NCBI GenBank assembly: GCA_002633005.1
Contig: NMRA01000002.1
Coordinates: 2,386,505 to 2,450,504, forward strand
Reading direction: 5' to 3'
DNA: 64,000 nucleotides
Origin: Phoronis australis
Lineage: Eukaryota > Animalia > Phoronida
A program made the position numbers and the translations under genes. The notes beneath the pieces are model-generated. The model worked only from the letters and a program-made list of their open reading frames with translations, had not been told where the DNA came from and searched no databases. Shown piece by piece: positions 55,801 through 64,000 of this stretch. Numbering within the stretch: position 1 is the stretch's first letter; the number at the start of each line of letters is the position of its first letter.

Positions 55801-57890
55801 TGAAAAACTCCATTAAATTCTGAACAACTTTTGTGCAGTTTACTTTTATGTGAAGTTGACATTACCCCTTCAAATTCCAATTTAAAAATGTCAGGTCACT
55901 AAACTGAGTGACCTTCATAACAGCCCAGTGCATAGCAGCAGTGGTGACCTACTTAGCTTAGCACACAGGGAAAGTTGTCTGAATAGAGGCTTAGCAGGAT
56001 AAGGGTTAAATGTGGTCTACTCTCCCGAGTTAGGTGTGTTTGCAAACTGAAATTTGGTAAAAATTTGCCAGCGTAGACTGTTGTGACATTTAGTTTCTCT
56101 ACAGTGCCTGTACAAAAACTCCTGTATACTGTACTAATACTATTACTTACACCACCTCTTCACTGGAGTCACCATTACCAGGAAATCCTTTGGATGCCAG
56201 GGCACCAAAACGGTTATTCGAATTGTAATTTGGCTTCACTGAAAAAACACAAAGAAAAGACAGGGAAGATAAGAAAAAACGTGATATGCAACCAATACAT
56301 GATCATATCAAGTGTTCTGTTCGTATATGAGTGCACAGAGAAGGCAGTTCAAAGTTTTGTTCTCCAAGTTCCAGTTCACCTACGCAACTTCCAACGGCTC
56401 TTTACGCAATTCTTGACACATCGCACTATAATTTACATGACAGAGTAGAATGCTCAATTGTTTTATGAGCTGGCTGGGTAAGAACTGGTAAATCCGCACA
56501 TGCTAAAAGATACTCAATAACATGGACTTAGTCATCCTCTAGGTTGCAAGCAAATTGTATGAAAAATAATGGTTATGTGATCGAAAGTGAGGTTTCAAGG
56601 TCACATCCCAGAGATTGAGAAATAGCTTTCAATAAAAAATTCTGATATTTTTAGAAATGTATATTTTTATCAACAATTTAAGATTGAAAAAGATTAGTCG
56701 CTAGCTGCCAGGTCTCTGAATAGTGTTTCATGACGTTGAATTGCCATCTAACTACATCTGGTTTCTAATGATTAAAAACTTTATAAACATGCAGATTTCT
56801 AAACACACTTTAAAACATGAACATTCGCTATATCATGAAGTCCTGGTGACCTCTGCTGAAATTTCCACATGGAATGCTGTATCAAATTTTTCTTGAAATT
56901 GTCATGACTGACTGTGTACTTGACTTATTACTGATATTCAAGGATGAACTACATATCCATGGCATATGTCCACAGACACAGCGCATACCGTAAAGCAGGA
57001 AAATTTCCGAAAATAATTAGTTCATTCAAGATCTTCAAGTTTATTGATTTTCATGGGGGCACAAGATGGCTGAGATTGTTATAAAAAAACCTCCATGCAG
57101 TCGAAATTCATTTCCCTTTTGCGTATATCTATGTTCAATGCAAAGTACCCCCAGATTGCTGATCATCAATATTTCAAACCCCGATAGTCATCATTAACTT
57201 CAAGTGTGTTCACCTGTTGAATGCTTCTATCTATGCCCAGAATGGTTACAGTTTCACACTTCAAGAGATTGCAATTGAATTTGTTTATATATTTCTGAAA
57301 ACTACACCACCTATGAAATAACTTAATGTTATCAAATGAATTGTGATTTCTAATGCGGACTACAGTAGGGCAATGGATTCCACATAGAAAATGAGAGTAA
57401 TGTAAAGAGTTTTCGAGAGTATGTGCAAAACATCAGAGAGGAGATAATTTATGATTCATCGACCAGAACCATAAATACTAAGGCAGAACCTCCAATGCTG
57501 AAATTGTAACATCAACATACTGTCTATAATGAAAAATGCTAATATTGTGGGTGTTTTTTTATTCAAAGACAGTTCTTAACTTAATTTCAATGTTAGTAAC
57601 AAATCTGACAACTTCTAATGCTATAAAGTTGCTGTGTTGTTTACCAGCAATGCTCACAGAAGGATAGGTTTTATCAATATTGCAGTTTGCAAGTCGTGGC
57701 GCATTTGGCTGGATTGTTCACCAGTTACACACTAACATTCCTGCATAGACCCCTACCCATTTGGTTGATAAACGATTAATGTAAAAGTCTTACCCCAAGT
57801 GTACTGACTGGCTCCTCCACGGGTATGTTCATATCTGCACTTCTCGCCATACCTACAGTAGCCTTGTTGGAAGAACTTACACACTGTCAT
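49828..57890 (-). CDS. NUP42: Nucleoporin NUP42 (NUPL2/CG1): CCCH zinc finger, FG repeats, C-terminal GLE1-binding motif
   Basis: Exons 57890-57794 (MTVCKFFQQGYCRYGEKCRYEH), 56238-56151 (NRFGAL), 54492-54395 (DMNEWIHSGMWPLSCY), 53842-53763 (FEDASPEELEWEY), 52879-52793, 51773-51727, a small exon ending at 51360 (acceptor uncertain, 51385-51433), and 50570-49828 (GLFG/SLFG/NPFG repeats; LFTPMDQLSKEEKEQFSAPTFSLGKVPIRPPP). About 421 aa with the shortest small exon. Confidence 0.9.
54350..54388. repeat. (CAT/CAC)n microsatellite
   Basis: Short trinucleotide run next to a NUP42 donor site. Confidence 0.7.
54900..56005 (+). mobile_element. Internally deleted piggyBac element in a NUP42 intron (antisense to host)
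   Basis: TTAA on both sides (54896-54899, 56006-56009) and a 12-bp TIR CCCTTATCCTGC / GCAGGATAAGGG. Frameshifted acidic N-terminal remnant (MTVDQFLEEVFIDSDSE..SDGDSDWE..DDAWLTPF) and possible C-terminal remnant (APLCFILY); no catalytic core. Confidence 0.85.
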
Positions 57891-58404
57891 GATGCCAACA
57901 ATTTTATGATGTTTAGTAGGTCAGAAACAGGTAGCACTTCACTTACTAATGACGTGTCTGGTACAAATGAGCTGAAAAAAAATAGACAAATTTGATCCAC
58001 ACCAATTTTCAATCAACAGTCACATACCATGGCATGAGCAGTGTAAAAAAATGTCTAGCTGCCAATTTGGGCAACTGAATGAAGGACTGTTAGAAAAAAG
58101 ATTGATTGTGTGAGTATTTGTTTGAGCAGGGAAGAGTTAAAGACATCAACGGCCTCCTGAGCTGTGTCTCTATATGCAAAAGGTACTTATAGCAACATGA
58201 CATTGATGGTTTAATCAGTGTGAGGCATTACTAGTATTCAACATAATTCATTGGTTCGCCAACAACTGAACAATGTTGCCCTCTTCCCTGGATCAGCCTT
58301 AGTAATCCTCAGACTGGGTAACTCACCAACTTAAAAACTAAATACTTACTAAGTCTAAGCCAGTTACTGAGTTACCGAGAAAAAAATATCATCATCAATG
58401 ACAG

Positions 58405-58906
58405 TAGACAGTGACCACCGTCTCTAGCTGGATCATACGCCAGAGGCTTTTCGGCGAATTATGCCTCACAATTATTGTTATAAGTACCTTTGCGAATAGA
58501 GGGACACATTAGAATGCCTTTAATTCCTTCCAATTCGAACAAATACTCCTGTTATCAAAGTTTTTCTTCAAGTAGTCCTTCGTTCAGTTCCCAACATTGG
58601 AAATGGTCATTCTTAACAGTACTGCACGTGGCAGGTGGTTTGACGTCATATCCCCTGGCGTGCACAGTAGTAAAAATGGCCAGTTTACGATCTTGGTAAT
58701 TGAAAGAAGGACTGCTCGAAGAAAGTTTGATAACAGGAGTATTTATTCGAGTTGGAAGGAATTAAAGACATCGGCAGCCTCCTAATGTGTCCCTCTATCC
58801 ACATAATAAGGTATTTCTAACAATGTAACTTCCGGCGTAAGAAGCACCTTTACCACTACCTACACCGTCTCTATTGAGCCACCGTAAAGACGGTAGTCAC
58901 TGTCTA
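58405..58906. mobile_element. Fold-back (near-palindromic) non-autonomous DNA transposon, copy 1
   Basis: Termini TAGACAGTGACCACCGTCT / AGACGGTAGTCACTGTCTA. Long inverted arms (e.g. TTTAATTCCTTCCAA / TTGGAAGGAATTAAA) centred near 58650; homologous to 59446-60391. Confidence 0.8.
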
Positions 58907-59196
58907 CACTGTCTGTCTACACTAAGTGTACTGTGTCACTCACTGTACAGTGTACACTCACTGAGTCTCTCTCAGTACTCAGTTCAGCAAGAGTGGTGAC
59001 ACGCATTTTACTTTAGGCAAGATTTGGGCAAGTCTCATCCTGGCCCTAGACTTGGACGATATTGTTAAGAAACGAGAACAAAACTACATAAATTCATCTT
59101 GTACCTTCATCAATAAAACACGAAAGTATACTTTAATGTTAGCCTGCGTCACTTCAAGGAAACATTTTCCGTCCATGACAAGCTACGGAAATTTAC

Positions 59197-59256
59197 CCCT
59201 CCTGTTGGTGTTTACTGTCAATACCGACAGAGGGCGAGAAAAGCAAAATATGGCGG
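59197..59256. promoter_or_regulatory. Bidirectional promoter region NUP42/MRPS14 with a YY1-like motif over the MRPS14 ATG
   Basis: AAAATATGGCGGC spans the ATG at 59250. A candidate minus-strand donor (GG|GTAAAT at 59197/59196) would end a non-coding NUP42 exon 1 splicing to the strong acceptor at 57971. Confidence 0.55.
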
Positions 59257-62200
59257 CCTCCGTCGTGAGTTGTGTATTATCGAGATTAACGTCTCATATT
59301 TTTGCAGTAAGTTCTGTGATAAAGATTACCTTTAGGATAGGTTTACGTGAAAATATGTAGTTTAAGGGAAATGGGAAACCTTAAAAGCGTATCGCATCAG
59401 GAAAAACTGACAAAATCGACGACGATCAGTGCCTGTGTCTGTGACTGGCAATGACCATCGCCTCTGTTGGCCCGACCAGAGGCGATGCAGCTCCTATAGG
59501 CGCTCCATACGCTGGAAGCTTTTCGGCAAATTATGCCTCGCACGGACTAAAACATTAAAGTCACGTTGTTATAAATACCTTTTGCGCATAGGGGAACATC
59601 TTAGGAGGTTGTCGATGTGTTTAATTCCTTCCAACAAATACTTCCGTTATCAAACTTTTTCTTCAAGCAGTCCCTATTTCAGTTCCCGAAATCGTGAATT
59701 CACCATTGTCTCTCGGCGCACGCCAAGAGATCTGACCTCATTCTTTCAACCAGGCCGAAGGTCAGAAGTTGCGGTCCTGCCGGCGAACTTTGAAAGCTTA
59801 AGTCCCGACCCTCTGCGTACGTGCTGCCGGGAACCAGCCATGCATTTGCCGTGTTGTTAAACATAAAAATGTCAAATATGTGCTTAAAGACTATTAAATG
59901 TCATATCAACAGCATTTATTTTTATCAAATACAAACAATAATTCATTGAAATATAATCAGTTTCAAGTAACGCCAATTAAAGACAAGTAGTGGTAGCATT
60001 TTGGAAACAAACATTTGACCGACAAGACCGCAATGGCTCACCTTTGGCCTATTTAAAGATTGAGGTTATGAAGTCACATCACCTAGCGAACGAGGTAAAA
60101 CTTGGAGCCTGCGCAGTATAAAAATGGTGAGTTCACAATTTTGGGAACTGAACGAGTGACTGCTCGAACAAAAAGTTCAATAACGGAAGTATTTGTTCGA
60201 GTTGGAAGGAATTAAACACACCGACAACCTTCTAAGGTGTCCCTCTATGTGCAAAAGGTATTTATAACAACGTGACTTTCATGCTTTAGCCAGTGCGAGG
60301 CATAATTCGCCGAACAGCTTCCGGCGTATGAAGCGCCTATAGGAGCTGCATCGCCTCTGGTCAGGCCAACACAGGCGATGGTCATTGCCTAACTGTGAGT
60401 TTGACTTGGTCCTCCGCCTCCGAACCACTGACCCAGTAAACTCCATTGCAATTTACTTCAGACGCAGCAAACTCATGTCGTGGTCTTAGCAGAGGCTGAC
60501 ACCGGGCCGGGTAATTGTTTACAATACGATGACATTGACTTACGTACATGTTTTTCGTTCCGTTTGATTCCTCGCATGGCCATCAATCATGCCAAAAATA
60601 CACGATTCAAATGTATCCTACCCATTCCTATATGTTGTCGAATTTCTCCCCGCACTACTTCACAGTCAGTGATATCACCATGTTGAATGGAAGGAGTCAT
60701 CTGGCGGCCTAAAACTGAACTAATCAACTGACACCCAAGCAGAGCATCGCTGTTCATAAGTTCAAACTTACCGAGACCTGTTGACCTCAGGCCCGAGCTA
60801 CGTTCCCAAGGGTTTGAATTCCTATGGTGACCCTGGTATATACCCATCCCCTAACTAGAATCTGACAAAAAGGAGTTGTTTTCGATGTCCAAATTCGTGG
60901 AAAGGATATCACTTCAAAGAATTGAGCACACATGGCATTGTCAAATGGGAAATAGTCCAAACAGAAATTTGGCGATAAAATAGTGAGGAAACGCAGTAGG
61001 GGACATGTTAATATATTGTAGGAATGATTTATAAGCGAAATCGAATGATACCAAAATCGTGTGTAGGTCAATGTCGTCATGTAAACAATTACCCCAGCCA
61101 GTGCTGACCTAAAAACCCCATTCCCCAACATGATACAAATTGACATGATTTTCCAGTCCACTAAGTTCTGAAAGATGTTGTGACAGATGACTTCGGAGTG
61201 TGATGTACATCCAGATAAAGCCTCTATAAGTCGATTTCCAAATGGCAATTGCCTCTTGGCTGAACAGTTTAGAGGCGCAACCCTCACACATGCAACTTGG
61301 GTTCAAAAGAATTCGATATTTACAGCTAAGCACACAAGTAATGCACCTTAAAAATTCATAACGAGTAAGGTGGGTGTCGGTTGCATGCACCTAATCTGGT
61401 CGTGAGTTACATGTTGAGATTACAGGCAAAATTTTACGGGCAGTGTCAAATTGTGAGGTCCATATACAATTTACATGCATTGAGTTGTTCCCCAGCTTTA
61501 CTTTGATGCTAGTCTATACACATCTTGCTGGCTAGTTAGTTCAGAGTGCGACAGTCTGAAATATCTTACCAATGAGTAATTGTCTCTTGGCTGAAGTTCA
61601 CCTGCTGAACGGTTTGGACCTTTGGATTCTACTAACACTCCCTCACCCAGGTACAAGTTGTGACAATGATTTTTCTTAGTGTCTACTGTATGATAATATA
61701 GGTAAATCCACTTGTACACAGTGTTGTCAATCACAAGCTCCTGGCATGTGGGTGAATTGGTTAAAGTAATCGACCAAAGAACAATATTGTTCATTTGTGA
61801 GTAATTTAGAGTTTTTTTTTAAATTTTACATTACCCCTGGAACCAGAATTTTGTAACACTCGTCTTTATTGTGTGGAGCAGAGTGAGGTCGTCGCTGTAT
61901 TCTCCTTTCCTGTCAAGGTCTGTGCGTGTGTCCATGGCTAGTAAATCTCACCTTGTTTTGCACTCTTGTTGAAAAATCTACCTGTCTGTCGCCATCTTGG
62001 AACTGATTTAGTGAGGCCTTCATTTGTCTCTATGCCGCACCCATGACCAGAAACTCGCAAAATGCCACAGTACACTAGTAGTGAGCACTGTGCAATTTAA
62101 ACACTGATGATTAATATGAAGTTAAGTACTAGTTATTTGCATACTTGTAACTGTGCTAATGTATGGCAGGAGCTAAACGACAATGCTGTTTTGATAGTCT

Positions 62201-63152
62201 ATGCTAAACAAAGTGTAGTTAATTGACCACTTGTAAGTGTGAAAGCAAAAATTCTGCAAACAGGTAACCATTGCACTAATGGCCTACCTCACAGGCTCAC
62301 ACAACCCACATCATGCAGTGTTATTCCCCAGCACCGAATCACAATACTTAATGGATACAGTTCAGTGATGTGCGGCGGATTAATTCTGTCGTGAAACTCA
62401 TTCTTAAAAAACTTTTGTCAATTTTCTACCTATTTCATGTTCACATTATCACTTGTGTTGTGTGTCTAACTACTTTGGTCAAACAATCACAAAGATGAGG
62501 AATTAGCTTGCAAGTTCCACTTTAAACTTCATATAGACTATCCCAGGCAGATATTGCTACATCTGTGTATAGTGCTGTGTTAAGATTAGGTCACTTTATT
62601 TGTGTATTGACACTTTACAAATTTAACAATGAACCACCATGATTGCTTTTAATGTGCTCAATCACAAACATATAGTAAGAATAGCCAATTTTTGTGACCA
62701 TCTCTGACTTCATGTTGAGAGCCAGTTATTTCCACTAGATAATTAACTAGGTTATTCTGGACGTAATTAGTTTGGATTATTTCGGGAAATCTTATAAAGA
62801 AAATATTATTTTTCATCTCCCAACATCTTTTGCAAAACAATACATAAAACATTCACAAGAGTTGTCCTTTGCCGTGAGGTGGGTGTGTACTGCCTGGGTT
62901 GAAAACTTCTATCAGAAGTGTTTGGGATTACATAATTCTGATGTATTTCAGGCTCCACGTGCCTATACGGGGTATTCTCTCTTAAGGCCATGCCCTACTT
63001 TTGTGGATCAAGTTCGGGGTCACCGCTACAACTACGTTGATAAACACATGATCAAAGACGTGAAACGACGCAACACAGTAAAGGAATACTTCCCGATGCG
63101 ACAAAGACTTAATGCCATTCGTAAAAATGTTATTTTACCTAAAGAAATACAG
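59250..63152 (+). CDS. MRPS14: Mitochondrial ribosomal protein S14 (uS14m), exons 1-2; 3'-partial
   Basis: Exon 59250-59306 (MAASVVSCVLSRLTSHIFA, presequence-like, donor GTAAGT). Exon 62952-63152 (..QVRGHRYNYVDKHMIKDVKRRNTVKEYFPMRQRLNAIRKNVILPKEIQ) matches the uS14m pattern YVDWRMxRDVKRR..RINSLRKNTILP. The final exon is not seen in the window. Confidence 0.9.
59446..60391. mobile_element. Long-TIR fold-back element, copy 2 (MRPS14 intron 1)
   Basis: ~260-bp inverted arms (59447-~59707 and ~60123-60389) with termini GGCAATGACCATCGCCT / AGGCGATGGTCATTGCCTA. Flanks TCTGTGAC / ACTGTGAG match 6 of 8. Confidence 0.85.
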
Positions 63153-63325
63153 GTTTGTACAAACATTACAAAGATATACTGCGTTGGAGTGGAATCAGTT
63201 TTCACTGACTTGGTGTGTGCAGTTTAAATGTGCACCATTGGAATGACTGTGTATAAAAGCTAACCTTAGATTATTATTTTACATGTACCTTTGACTTGTC
63301 TTGGATGTTCAGAACTTGTTTGTAA

Positions 63326-63728
63326 GGGAGTGGTCACTTATTTTGTTATCGTTGGAGAGAGGAGTCTTTGCAAAAGATGATGATTTATGATGGGGAGGTG
63401 GTTAGTCTCATGGTGACATCATCATGTGGTTTATTAGAATATTCCCATCACAGTAAATGTATCATTAGGAAACTAGTTCAACTTACATAAAGAGGAATTG
63501 GCTAATTTGAAAACTGGGACCCACAGTATGACAGTGCAATGATTTGATCGTATTTCACTAGACTTAACTTATAGACACACAAATGACATACTCACTCCAT
63601 CACTGACCAAATGGGGGGTTGGCTGTGATGATGTAATTAGACACTGGACAGGGTGGGGTCATATCATGATGATGGGTGATGGGGGGTAAAAGTGGCAAAT
63701 TTGGATGACGTAATATGTGAACACTCCC
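63326..63728. mobile_element. PIF/Harbinger-like MITE
   Basis: Termini GGGAGTGGTCAC / GTGAACACTCCC with TAA/CAA flanks, subterminal TGACGTAAT and G-rich tracts. Confidence 0.6.
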
Positions 63729-64000
63729 CAAGAGTGTGCAAAAATTCCTGCTGATGGCGACCCTAGAGTCAGATCACATGACTTACCACCACCATCTTTG
63801 TATTTGTATTTATAAAGCTGCATTGCCCTCTTTCCAGCTGTCTAGAAGTACACCTTTTATTGTCTTAGAATCAGTCTCATAATACTCCTTAGAGGGATAT
63901 GTTTGTATCTGTTACCAGCAACAACACAGAAATCATCGGTGATGTATTTGGAGTTAGTAACAGAACTAGAATACTATGGTGCTGAGGATGATTATGAGAC

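Overview
AT-rich, intron-rich animal genomic DNA, most likely a marine invertebrate (inferred from gene content, intron style and abundant TACATGTA; the species cannot be determined). Most entries in the ORF track are spurious, and four spliced genes can be assembled by hand. (1) A divergent FMNL-like formin on +, with 23 coding exons at 264-23977 and its 5' end probably upstream of the window. It has a 27-nt microexon, a minimal FH1, no complete DAD, and a U12-type GT-AG intron at 22338-23174. (2) An Uncx/unc-4 paired-like homeobox gene on - (45665-39585), next to a ~15 kb TAAT-rich gene-free interval. (3) The nucleoporin NUP42/NUPL2 on - (57890-49828). (4) Exons 1-2 of mitochondrial ribosomal protein S14 on + (59250-63152), head-to-head with NUP42 across a compact promoter bracketed by two related long fold-back elements. 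Mobile DNA includes two CATG-terminated MITE families with 5-bp TSDs, an internally deleted piggyBac, Harbinger-like MITEs and an unidentified coding relic present twice. Two duplications flanking single N bases look like assembly artefacts. No CRISPR, tRNA or rRNA genes are supported, and I found no wholly new system.
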